From the NCBI GenBank assembly GCA_963795765.1, contig CAWCJW010000005.1, positions 18,984 to 82,983 on the forward strand: a DNA stretch of 64,000 nt. The letters are read 5' to 3'. The number at the start of each line of letters is the position of its first letter. The stretch's first letter is position 1. This stretch comes from an uncultured Solirubrobacterales bacterium (GTDB lineage: Bacteria; Actinomycetota; Thermoleophilia; Solirubrobacterales; 70-9). The notes beneath the pieces are model-generated. The model made no database searches. It worked only from the letters and a program-made list of their open reading frames with translations, and was not told the DNA's origin. The translations under genes and the position numbers were made by a program. Of this stretch, positions 17,902 through 26,812 are shown piece after piece.

Positions 17902-18651
17902 ATGGCCGTTTCCGAGCAACCCCAGCAGGCCCGCCAGCGCGACTCGCGCCCGCGCAAGGCGCTGACGATCGGCGCCGTCTGCAAGATCCTGCAGAGCGAG
18001 TTCGACGACGTCTCGATCTCGAAGATCCGCTACCTCGAGGACCAAAAGCTGCTGACGCCGCGGCGCACCGCCGGCGGCTACCGCCTCTACAGCCAGTCCG
18101 ACGTCGAAAGGCTGCGCACGATCCTGCGCCTGCAGCGCGACGAGTTCCTGCCGCTGCGGGTGATCCGCCAGGAGCTGGCGGCTGGCGGCGATTTCGTCCC
18201 GGCCGGTGGCAGCACCGACAAACGGCCCTCGAGCGGCGCTGTGCGGCGGGCGATCCTGGTCAACACCTCGCGCGCCTACCTGACGCGAGACGAGGTGATC
18301 GAGGAGACCGGAGCACGCGAGGAGCTGGTTTCCGAACTGGAGAACTTCGGCATCGTCCAGCCCGAGAAACGCGAGGGCAAGACCGTCTACGACGAGACCG
18401 ACCGCGAAGTCGTCCGCTCCGCCAACGAGCTCTCGCGGGTTGGCGTCGCCGCCCGCAACCTGCGCGTCTTCCGTTCCTCGGCCGACCGTGAGGCGAACCT
18501 GCTGGAAGCGCTGCTCGGCCCCTCGCTGCGCTCGCGCAATCCCGATCGCCGCAAAGAGGCATTGGAGAGCCTGGAGAGCCTGGCGGCGACGGTCAGCCAC
18601 CTCAAGCACCTGCTGCTGGTCCGGGACCTCCGCCGTCTCGCCGGCGACTGA
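17902..18651 (+). CDS. MerR-family transcriptional regulator (FtsR/Rv1828-like)
   Basis: LTIGAVCKILQSEF.DVSISKIRYLEDQKLLTPRRTAGGYRLYSQSDVERLRTILRLQRDEFLPLRVI is a MerR HTH. It lies directly downstream of the FHA gene, as in actinobacterial garA-merR loci. Confidence 0.85.
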   Translation: MAVSEQPQQARQRDSRPRKALTIGAVCKILQSEFDDVSISKIRYLEDQKLLTPRRTAGGYRLYSQSDVERLRTILRLQRDEFLPLRVIRQELAAGGDFVPAGGSTDKRPSSGAVRRAILVNTSRAYLTRDEVIEETGAREELVSELENFGIVQPEKREGKTVYDETDREVVRSANELSRVGVAARNLRVFRSSADREANLLEALLGPSLRSRNPDRRKEALESLESLAATVSHLKHLLLVRDLRRLAGD

Positions 18652-18663
18652 CAGCCCGCTCCG

Positions 18664-19119
18664 GTGCCCCGAGTCAGCCGCCGCCGCACGATCTCCGCGC
18701 CGCGTCCAGAGGTGTGGGCGCTGATCTCCGACCCCTACAGCCTGGCTCGCTGGTGGCCGCGGACGCTGCGGGTAGAGAGCGTCGAGGGTGAGGGGGAGAC
18801 CGCGCAGTGGACCAAGGTGCTGGGCACGGCCGAGGGACGCGGGGTGCGAGCCGACTTTCGCTGCCGCGACTACGCCGAGGGCGAGCGCTTCGGTTGGGAG
18901 CAGATGATCGAGGGCACGCCCTTCCAGCGACACCTGCGGCGTTACGAGATCGAGCTCAGCCTCGCTGATGCCGACGCGGGCACCGAGGTCACCGTCGCCG
19001 CTGCGCAGACGCTGCGCGGACTCTCGCGGCTGGGTTCGCCGATGATGCGGCGCGGCCAGGGGGCGCTGCTCGACGAAGCGCTGGACGGACTCGGTCGAGC
19101 TCTGGACGGATCCGGGTGA
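18664..19119 (+). CDS. SRPBCC (START/polyketide cyclase-like) family protein
   Basis: RTISAPRPEVWALISDPYSLARWWP N-terminus is typical of SRPBCC proteins. 151 aa with a GTG start. Confidence 0.7.
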   Translation: MPRVSRRRTISAPRPEVWALISDPYSLARWWPRTLRVESVEGEGETAQWTKVLGTAEGRGVRADFRCRDYAEGERFGWEQMIEGTPFQRHLRRYEIELSLADADAGTEVTVAAAQTLRGLSRLGSPMMRRGQGALLDEALDGLGRALDGSG

Positions 19120-20789
19120 GCTTGGCGAGTTACCCCCCCTATAGCGACGGAAAGTCGCCAAGCCCCCCGCGCCGCGACTCGAAGTGGTGGGGCTGGGGGG
19201 ACCCCGCGGTCTCGCCAGAGCTGGATGGGCCGGCGCTGGAGACCCTGCGGGAGCGGATCGGCGAGCTGCGGCCGGCATCGCCACTCCCGGAGCTCGATCG
19301 CTTCGACTTGCCGGCAGCCGAGGCACTGCCGCCCGCGCTGATCGAAGCTGTGGGAGAGGAGAACGTCTTTACGGGTGCCGAGGATCGCTTGCGCCACGCC
19401 ACCGGCTGCGGATACGTCGATCTCGCTCGGCTGCGCTCGGGGAAGCTCGACGCGGCGCCGGACGCAATCATGCTCCCGGCTGACGCGGCCGAGGTGAAAC
19501 GAGTTCTCGAGCTCTGCGCGGCAGAGGGCGTCGCAGTTGTTCCCTTCGGTGGCGGCACGAGCGTCGTCGGCGGTGTCGAGCCGCTGCGCGGATCACACGA
19601 GCGCTTGATCAGCCTTGACCTGACCCGCCTGCGCGCGGTCGAGGTCGACCGCCGCTCGCTCACCGCCCGCCTCGGCGCCGGCCTGCGCGGGCCCGAGGCC
19701 GAAGCCGAGCTGGCCAAGCACGGCCTCGTGCTCGGCCACTACCCGCAGTCGTTCGAGTACGCCACGGTCGGCGGCTTTGCGGCGACCCGCTCGGCCGGAC
19801 AGGCATCGAGCGGCTACGGGCGCTTTGACGCGCTGGTCAGCTCGGTGCGCCTGATCGCGCCCGCCGGCGACTTGGAGACGCTGGCGACCCCGCACACCGC
19901 CGCCGGCCCGGCCCTGCGTGAGCTCGTGATCGGCTCCGAGGGCGTCTTCGGGGTGATCCCAGACGTGACGGTGCGAGTGCGGCCGATGCCCAAGCAACGC
20001 CGCTACGAGGCCTGGATGGCGGAGAGCTTCGAGGCGGGGGCGGAGGTTGTTCGGGCACTGGCCCAGGGGCCCGGTCTGCCGGACGTGATCCGGGTTTCCG
20101 ACGAGGAGGAGACCGAGGTCTCACTGGCGCTCTCCGGGCCGCGCGGGTTCGCCGGCAGTCTCTTCGGCGGCTACCTCGGTCTGCGACGCCGCCGCGGCGG
20201 CGCCTTGGTCATCGTTGGCTTCGAGGGCGAGGAGGAGTCGGTGGCGCGGCGGCGGGCACTCAGCGTGCGTGCCCTGCATCGCGGCGGCACTGTCTACCTC
20301 GGCCAGTCGGCTGGTCGCTCCTGGGAGCACGGTCGCTATCAGGGCCCCTACCTACGCGACACGCTGATGGGCATGGGGGCGATGGTCGAGACACTGGAGA
20401 CTTCGCACACCTGGAGCGAGCTCGCCAGCCTGCACGCTGCCGTCGGCGGCGCGATCCGCGACTCGCTGGCCGGCCAGGGAACTCCGGGCTTGGTCTTCTG
20501 TCACCTCTCACACGCCTACGCCGACGGCGCCTCGCTCTACTTCACCTTCATCTCGCGGTCGCGCGAGGGGGCCGAGGTCGAGCAGTGGCGTCAGGTCAAG
20601 CAGGCGGCCTGCGAGGCGATCGTCGCCAGCGGCGGCACGATCACCCACCACCACGCCGTCGGCCGCGACCACGCCCCCTACATGGAAGCCGAGATCGGCC
20701 GCACCGGACTAGACGTACTGGGCGCGGTCAAGGATCAGTTGGACCCGGCCGGGATCATGAACCCCGGCAAGCTGCTCAACGTCGCCTAG
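19116..20789 (+). CDS. FAD-linked oxidase (alkyl-DHAP synthase-like flavoprotein)
   Basis: FAD_binding_4-type segment (VVPFGGGTSVVGG) and a C-terminal FAD-oxidase domain ending GTITHHHAVGRDH...DPAGIMNPGKL. Confidence 0.85.
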   Translation: MSLASYPPYSDGKSPSPPRRDSKWWGWGDPAVSPELDGPALETLRERIGELRPASPLPELDRFDLPAAEALPPALIEAVGEENVFTGAEDRLRHATGCGYVDLARLRSGKLDAAPDAIMLPADAAEVKRVLELCAAEGVAVVPFGGGTSVVGGVEPLRGSHERLISLDLTRLRAVEVDRRSLTARLGAGLRGPEAEAELAKHGLVLGHYPQSFEYATVGGFAATRSAGQASSGYGRFDALVSSVRLIAPAGDLETLATPHTAAGPALRELVIGSEGVFGVIPDVTVRVRPMPKQRRYEAWMAESFEAGAEVVRALAQGPGLPDVIRVSDEEETEVSLALSGPRGFAGSLFGGYLGLRRRRGGALVIVGFEGEEESVARRRALSVRALHRGGTVYLGQSAGRSWEHGRYQGPYLRDTLMGMGAMVETLETSHTWSELASLHAAVGGAIRDSLAGQGTPGLVFCHLSHAYADGASLYFTFISRSREGAEVEQWRQVKQAACEAIVASGGTITHHHAVGRDHAPYMEAEIGRTGLDVLGAVKDQLDPAGIMNPGKLLNVA

Positions 20790-21749
20790 CCGCCGCTTTT
20801 GTTGCCGGCGCCGACCAGAGGCCCGGTGATCTTGCCGCTCAGTATCGGGGTGCCGGTGTAGGCGGATTCTTTTTCGGTTTTGCGCGCCTTGGCGATCGCC
20901 GCGCTGAGCTGGCTGTCTGAGGTGCGGGTTACCTGGATCTCGTCGAAGGCGCCGCGGGCGACGAGCACCAGCACCGCGGCGGGCACTTCAAAGCGCGCAG
21001 CCAGTTTGCCGCCGTCTTTGACCTTGGCGGTGCCAACCGGCACCATCGCCTGGCCCGCGTGAGAGAGCCAGACGGCGTAGGACTCACCGCTGTTCGACGG
21101 TTCCAGCTCTTCGCCGGTCACCTGCAGCAGGACCTTCTTCTTGAAGCGGCCGAAGATCGCCTGGCCGCTGGCATCGCTGCCATCGTCAGCGCTCAGCACC
21201 GCCTGGGTCAGGTTCTTGTTTTCAGCCAGCGTGCTTGCGTTTTCGTTCGGACTTGATTCGCCGGAAGTCGCGCTCGAGCTCGAAGCCGCCGCTGCCTCCA
21301 TCGCCGCCGACGATCAACACGATCACCAGGGCCACGACCACGAGGACGCCGGCACCGAGGCCGATCAGGGCGCCGCGGTCTTTGGGGACTTTGATCCTGG
21401 GGACCTGGGCCGAGCGCTTCTTGCTGGCAGCCGGCGTGCTGATGGGAACCGCCGGCGCTGGCTTCTCAGCTATCGGAGGCTCGGGCGCCTTGGGCTCCTC
21501 GACAGGAACGGGGGGCGTCGTTGGCGGCTCCGCCACGGGCGGCTGCGGAGGATCCACTGGGGGAGGCGGCGGGGGCGGCTCAGGCTTCTCCTCTGGCGCC
21601 GGCGGCTCCTCGACCTCGGCGAGCGCCTCTTTGACCCGCTCGCGTACTTCCTCGACGCTGATACCCATCAGCGCGGCCATGTCGTCGTAGCCCTCCTCGC
21701 GCTGCGCAAGCAGGCGAAGCATTGCCTTCTGGTCGTCCGTCAACCCCAC
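20786..21749 (-). pseudogene. Membrane-anchored HTH protein with RskA-like extracytoplasmic domain, split over two frames (frameshift or sequence error)
   Basis: Frame A (to 21222) has sigma region-4-like HTH LRLLAQREEGYDDMAALMGISVEEVRERV, a Pro-rich linker and TM GALIGLGAGVLVVVALVIVLIVGG. Frame B (21301 to 20786) has a Ser-rich linker plus a domain containing YAVWLSHAGQAMVPVG. The frames overlap at 21222-21301. Start GTG 21749 is uncertain. Confidence 0.5.
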
Positions 21750-21811
21750 CGGCGGAAAGCCTACGTGAGCCGTCCCCCGGAGAGGCGTGGCTGAGGTTAA
21801 GCTGGGCCGCG

Positions 21812-22219
21812 ATGGCCGACGATCCGCGCGGGCTGCTCTCCCATTTCGACGCCCTACTGGGCACGGAGTGGCTCGACGACGACCCCGACCACGCCCGCGT
21901 GCGGGTGCCATTGCGGGACGAGTTGCGCCAGCCGGTCGGACTGCTGCACGGCGGCGTGATGTCGAGCCTGGTCGAGAGCATTTGTTCCCGCGCCACCGCC
22001 CTGGTGGTGATGGGCGACGGGATGATGGCGATGGGTCAATCGATCAGCGTCAACTTCATCCGCCCGGTCACCGAGGGCCACGCTGAAGTCGAAGCGATTG
22101 CGCGACACCGGGGTCGTACGACTTGGGTCTGGGACGCCGAGGTCAAAGATGCAAATGGCCGCCTCTGCGCCCTCGCCCAAATGACTATCGCGGTACGCCC
22201 GGTCCCGCAGCGCGACTAG
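21812..22219 (+). CDS. PaaI-family hotdog-fold thioesterase
   Basis: Typical PaaI thioesterase segment VGLLHGGVMSSLVESICSRA...GRTTWVWDAEV. ATG 21812 is internal to ORF 21722..22219. Confidence 0.8.
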   Translation: MADDPRGLLSHFDALLGTEWLDDDPDHARVRVPLRDELRQPVGLLHGGVMSSLVESICSRATALVVMGDGMMAMGQSISVNFIRPVTEGHAEVEAIARHRGRTTWVWDAEVKDANGRLCALAQMTIAVRPVPQRD

Positions 22220-23889
22220 CCGCCGAACCTATTTGTGATCGGCAGCCGGCGGTCACGGCCGAAGGCCTTGGGCGTGATTCGAATCCCGGGCGCGGCCTGG
22301 CGCCGCTTGTACTCGGAGCGATCGACCATGCGCACGACCTCGTCGACGACCTCGGCCGGCAGGCCGGCGGCGATCATCTCCTCGCGGCCCTGATCGCGCT
22401 CGACGTAGGACTCGAGGATCTGGTCGAGCAGCTCGTAGGGGGGGAGCGAGTCGCTGTCGAACTGGTCGGGGCGCAGCTCGGCCGAGGGCGCCCGCTCCAG
22501 TACCGAGGCCGGGATCAGCTCACGCCCGGCGCTCTCGTTGCGGTGGCGGACCAACTCGTAGACGAGCGTCTTCGGCACGTCCTTGATCGCCGCGAAGCCG
22601 CCCGCCATGTCGCCGTAGAGGGTGGCGTAGCCAACCGACATCTCGCTCTTGTTGCCGGTGGTGAGGACGAGCCAGCCGTGCTTGTTGGAGAGCGCCATCA
22701 TCATGTTGCCGCGGATTCGCGCCTGGATGTTCTCGGCGGCAAGATCGGGCTCGGAGGGCCGGGTCGGGTCGCGCGGCAGGGGCTCTTCGTCGTCACCACT
22801 CGCCCCGTTGGCGCCGCCGAAGGAGCCGGCAAGGGCGCGCTCGTACTCCGCCATCGCTGCCTCAATCGGGATCTCGAGCAGCTCGACGCCGAGGTTGGCG
22901 CCGATATTCCGCGCGTCCTGCTGTGTTTCATGGCTCGAATGCGGCGAGGGCATGACCACGCAACTGACGTTCTCGGGCCCGAGCGCATCGACGGCGAGCA
23001 GGGCGACGAGGGCGGAGTCGATCCCACCGGAGAGGGCGATCCCGACGTGGCGGAAGCCGTTCTTGCGAACGTAATCGCGCAGGCCGAGGGTGAGCGCGGC
23101 GTAGACCTCGGCGATGTCGGAGAGCGGCACGGCCAGTGGGCCGGGTGCGGGCGAGGGGACCTCGCAGACCAGCAGCTCCTCCTCGAACTGGGCGGCGCGG
23201 GCGAGCACGTTGCCCTCGGCGTCGACGATCAGGCTGTGGCCGTCGAAGACCAACTCGTCCTGGCCACCGACCAGGTTGCAAAAGGCGAAGGCGGCGCCGT
23301 AGGCGCGGGCGCGCTCGGCGAACATCGCCTCGCGCTCGCGGCCCTTGCCGCGGTGATACGGCGAGCCCGAGGGATTGGCGATCAGGCTGGCGCCCGCTTC
23401 CGCCTCGATCGAGGCAGGGGGGCCCGGCGCCCAGACGTCCTCGCAGACCGTCAAGCCGACCCGGGCGCCACCGAGCTCGATCGTCGTCGCTTCCTCGCCG
23501 GGGACGAAGTAGCGCTGCTCGTCGAAGACCGAGTAGTTGGGCAGCCGGTTCTTGCGGTAGATCGCTTGCACGGCACCGTCAGCGAGCACGGCCAGCGAGT
23601 TGTGGGCGTGGCGGAAGTCGCCGCCGCCGGCGACCGGCTCGGCGAAGCCGACCAGCGCCGTCGTCTTACTGACGCCGCGGGCAAGCTCCTCGATCGCCCG
23701 CTGGTTGGCGGCGACGAAGTGCCGCTTCAGGTAGAGGTCCTCGGCCGGGTAGCCGGGGACGCAGAGCTCGGGGAAGATCGTCAGCTCGGCGCCCTCGCGC
23801 TCGGCGCGGCTGATCCACTCGGCGATCTTCGCCGCGTTGCCGTCGATGTCGCCAACGGTCGGGTCGATCTGGGCCAGGGCTACACGCAC
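22216..23889 (-). CDS. nadE: Glutamine-dependent NAD+ synthetase
   Basis: GTG 23889 follows the GGTGAGGA SD. N-terminal CN-hydrolase domain (VRVALAQIDPTVGD, LTVCEDVW) and a C-terminal synthetase domain with ALSGGIDSALVA. The upstream part of ORF 22216..24321 is not coding. Confidence 0.9.
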   Translation of the reverse strand: MRVALAQIDPTVGDIDGNAAKIAEWISRAEREGAELTIFPELCVPGYPAEDLYLKRHFVAANQRAIEELARGVSKTTALVGFAEPVAGGGDFRHAHNSLAVLADGAVQAIYRKNRLPNYSVFDEQRYFVPGEEATTIELGGARVGLTVCEDVWAPGPPASIEAEAGASLIANPSGSPYHRGKGREREAMFAERARAYGAAFAFCNLVGGQDELVFDGHSLIVDAEGNVLARAAQFEEELLVCEVPSPAPGPLAVPLSDIAEVYAALTLGLRDYVRKNGFRHVGIALSGGIDSALVALLAVDALGPENVSCVVMPSPHSSHETQQDARNIGANLGVELLEIPIEAAMAEYERALAGSFGGANGASGDDEEPLPRDPTRPSEPDLAAENIQARIRGNMMMALSNKHGWLVLTTGNKSEMSVGYATLYGDMAGGFAAIKDVPKTLVYELVRHRNESAGRELIPASVLERAPSAELRPDQFDSDSLPPYELLDQILESYVERDQGREEMIAAGLPAEVVDEVVRMVDRSEYKRRQAAPGIRITPKAFGRDRRLPITNRFGG

Positions 23890-23958
23890 GTCGTTGTCCT
23901 CACCGGAGTCAGGGCTGAAGTATCGCCGCCGAACGCTGACTTCGCAGTTACTCCTGGT

Positions 23959-25383
23959 ATGCGGGACAAAACACGAACTCAGCGGGGGCAGTACGCCTGT
24001 AGATTGACGCGCGTGCGCTCCCGCTGGCGTCTGATCGGGGCATCGCTGGCGGCATTCGCCGTTCTTGCTGCGCTGCCCGCGGGCGCGAGCGCCGGCAGCC
24101 AGTGGTTCTTCCACGCGCCGGCAGCCCGGCCGACCGATCACCCCGATCCCAACCGCAACGCCTACGCCGTACCCGAGGCACCGCGATCGCCCGCCTGCAC
24201 GCGCCACTTCTGCGTCCACTGGGTCGCCGAGGGCCTCGACGCCCCCAGCCTCACCGACAGCGATGGCGACGGCGTGCCTGACTATGTCGAGCGGGTGCAG
24301 GCGGTCGCCGAACACGTTCACTTGATCGAGAACGACAAGCTTGGCTGGCGCGAGCCGAGGTCAGACGGTCGCAAAGGGGGCGGGCGCGGCAAGACCGACA
24401 TCTACCTCGACCAGATCGGCGGCGCCCTCTTCGGCTACGCCGCGCCCGACCGCGGCCAAAGCACGAAGGCGCACCGGCTGCCGCGCCACTTGCACGGCTA
24501 CTTGGTGCTGGACAACGACTACAGCCCCTTTGAGTTCCCCGGCACCACGCCCGAGCACGACCTCGAGGTGACGATCGCCCACGAGTACAACCACATCCTC
24601 CAGTTCGGCTACGACGCCTACCAGGACGCTTGGTTTGCCGAGTCGAGCGCGGTCTGGATGGAGGACGAGGTCTACAACGGGATCAACGACTACCTGCGCT
24701 ACGTGCGCCGCTGGGTCAAGCGCTACGACACGCCGTTGACCGCGAACTCGATCAAGGAGTACGGCTCGGCGGTCTGGAACAAGTGGCTGGCACACCGCTA
24801 CGGGCGGGGGGTCATCCGCAACGCCTGGGCGCGGGCGGTCCACACCAAGCCCGGCGGCTTCTCGGTCGCCGCCTACAACTCGGCGATCAAGGCAGCCGGC
24901 GGCTCCGACTTCAGTCGCGACTTCGCCCGCTTCGCCCGCGACCTGCCCGAGTGGCGCACCGACTCGGTCTTTCCCGAGGGTGACTCATACCCCGACGTCT
25001 CGCGCCAGGGCAGCCTGCCGCTCAGCGGCCGCGTGCTCGATCGATCGCTCAATCACACGACCCTTCAGCTGCTGCACGTGCATGCCAGCGGCGGCCGGGC
25101 GGTCGTGGTCAGCGCGATGGCGCCGCACGGGATCGCGGCCGGCCTGGCCTTGGTCGGCCGAACCGGCAGCGAGCGCCACGGTCACGTCGTCAGCAGGCTC
25201 GACTTCAAACAGAACGGTGGCCGGATGAGCGTGCGCCTCGCCGACCCCGGCCGCTTCAAGCGTCTGACGGCAGTGCTGGTCAATGCCGACACGAGCGCCT
25301 CGGGCTTCAGCGCCCGCCGGCTCGACTGGGCTTACTTGACCGACAGCGCGCCGTTCCGGGTCTCGGCCCGGCTGCTGCCCTGA
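23959..25383 (+). CDS. Secreted putative zinc metalloprotease (HExxH)
   Basis: Signal peptide (RWRLIGASLAAFAVLAALPAGASA), calcium-binding TSP3-like DSDGDGVPDYVE, and HEYNH with downstream ESSAVWMEDE. Start is ATG 23959 or GTG 24013. The 5' 1.8 kb of ORF 22123..25383 is the antisense shadow of nadE. Confidence 0.7.
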   Translation: MRDKTRTQRGQYACRLTRVRSRWRLIGASLAAFAVLAALPAGASAGSQWFFHAPAARPTDHPDPNRNAYAVPEAPRSPACTRHFCVHWVAEGLDAPSLTDSDGDGVPDYVERVQAVAEHVHLIENDKLGWREPRSDGRKGGGRGKTDIYLDQIGGALFGYAAPDRGQSTKAHRLPRHLHGYLVLDNDYSPFEFPGTTPEHDLEVTIAHEYNHILQFGYDAYQDAWFAESSAVWMEDEVYNGINDYLRYVRRWVKRYDTPLTANSIKEYGSAVWNKWLAHRYGRGVIRNAWARAVHTKPGGFSVAAYNSAIKAAGGSDFSRDFARFARDLPEWRTDSVFPEGDSYPDVSRQGSLPLSGRVLDRSLNHTTLQLLHVHASGGRAVVVSAMAPHGIAAGLALVGRTGSERHGHVVSRLDFKQNGGRMSVRLADPGRFKRLTAVLVNADTSASGFSARRLDWAYLTDSAPFRVSARLLP

Positions 25384-26759
25384 GAACCGGTGGCGGCGGC
25401 CCCAGCGATCTCGGCGATCGCGCCTTCGAGGTCGAGGCCGAAGCTGTCGAGGTCGGCCATCGCGTCGTAGTCGCCGATCAGGCCGAAGTCGACCTGTCCG
25501 TTGTAGGACATGATCCCGACGCAGAGCGCCTGGCGGCGGGCCAGCGGCACCATCGGGAAGATCGATTCCATTTCCCGGCCCAGCACGAAAAGCGGGAACT
25601 GGGGGCCGGGCACGTTGGTGACGACCAGGTTGAAGAAGCGCTGCGCCGGCTGCAGGCGGGCGGCCTGCGAGGCGATCGTGGTCGGGGCGAAGTCGACGAT
25701 GCGGGTGAGGATCTCGGCCCCGACAGCCTGGCCTGAGCCCTTGAGGTCGCCCATGATCTCGCTGACCAGGTGCAGCCGCCGCACCGGGTCCTCGCACCAG
25801 ATCGGCAGCGGCGCCATCATCGCCGAGATGCGGTTGCCGAGCGCGCCGCGCTCCTCCTCGGCACGGACGCTTACCGGCACCATCGCCCGCATCTCGAGGT
25901 CCTCGGTGTCGTGGCCGCGGGCGCGCAGGTAGTTGCCGATCGCGCCGGCGACGACGGAGAGGATCACGTCGTTAACTGTGCCGCCGTGCTGGTTCTTGAT
26001 CTGCTTCAGCGCGCCGAGGTCGCTGCGGACGAAGGCGACGCGGCGGTGCGGGCCGATCTCGACGTTGAAGGGGGTCGAGGGCGCCGCCATCCCGGCACTG
26101 ACCATCTTGCTCGTCGCGCCGACCCCGCGCATGACCTGACGCGGCCCGCGCAACGCCGCCCGCACGCCGCGGACGATCTCCTGCGGGCTGGTGGTGCGCT
26201 CGCGCAGGGCATCGCTGAGCAGCTTGAAATCGGTCGGCTCGGGCCGCGGCGCCCACTTCGGCGGCAGCGCCGGCGGGTTGTCCGGTTCCTTCTCGGTGTC
26301 GAAGAGGACGGTGGTGATGTCGACGCCGGAGATGCCGTCGACGAGCGCGTGGTGGCTCTTGCCGACGATCGCGAAGCGGTCGCCGTCGAGCCCCTCGACC
26401 AGCCACAGCTCCCAGAGCGGCTTGCTGCGGTCGAGCTGCTGGGAGAAAATCCGCGCGGCAAGGTTGCGCAACTGCTCCTCGGAGCCCGGCGCCGGCAGCG
26501 CGGTCTGGCGCACGTGGTACTCGAGGTTGAGGTGGGGGTCGTCGACCCAGACCGGCCGGCCCTGGCCGAAGGGGACGAAGCGCAGCTTCTGGCGGAAGCG
26601 CGGCACCAGGTGCAGGCGCGAGGCGATGTGGTCGCGGAACTCGCCGATGCTCGGCGCCGGCCCCTCGAAGATGCTGGTCGAGGCCACGTGCATGTGGGCG
26701 CCAGCGCGCTCCATATGCAGGAACGAAGAGTCGAGTCCGGTCAGGCGATCAGCACTCAC
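25332..26759 (-). CDS. Wax ester synthase / diacylglycerol acyltransferase (WS/DGAT)
   Basis: HHALVDGISG active-site motif and an N-terminus DRLTGLDSSFLHME typical of WS/DGAT. GTG 26759 is the favoured start, ATG 26795 is possible. The 3' end overlaps the convergent metalloprotease gene by 52 nt. Confidence 0.85.
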   Translation of the reverse strand: MSADRLTGLDSSFLHMERAGAHMHVASTSIFEGPAPSIGEFRDHIASRLHLVPRFRQKLRFVPFGQGRPVWVDDPHLNLEYHVRQTALPAPGSEEQLRNLAARIFSQQLDRSKPLWELWLVEGLDGDRFAIVGKSHHALVDGISGVDITTVLFDTEKEPDNPPALPPKWAPRPEPTDFKLLSDALRERTTSPQEIVRGVRAALRGPRQVMRGVGATSKMVSAGMAAPSTPFNVEIGPHRRVAFVRSDLGALKQIKNQHGGTVNDVILSVVAGAIGNYLRARGHDTEDLEMRAMVPVSVRAEEERGALGNRISAMMAPLPIWCEDPVRRLHLVSEIMGDLKGSGQAVGAEILTRIVDFAPTTIASQAARLQPAQRFFNLVVTNVPGPQFPLFVLGREMESIFPMVPLARRQALCVGIMSYNGQVDFGLIGDYDAMADLDSFGLDLEGAIAEIAGAAATGSQGSSRAETRNGALSVK

Positions 26760-26812
26760 CCGAGCAATCTTCGCACACGTTCCAAGGGCTGCCACGAGCC
26801 ACCGGCAAACGC

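Noticed and set aside
17275-19326. 683-aa ORF on the minus strand
   Set aside because: It is antisense to four genes with clear domain signatures (RsiG-like, FHA, MerR, SRPBCC/FAD oxidase). The product is R/A/G/P-rich with no recognisable motif. This is a typical stop-poor shadow frame in high-GC DNA.
22123-23958. N-terminal 600 aa or so of the 1086-aa plus-strand ORF
   Set aside because: This part is the antisense shadow of nadE, which has SGGIDS and CN-hydrolase motifs on the minus strand. The real plus-strand gene (the metalloprotease) starts only at about 23959-24013, where a signal peptide appears.
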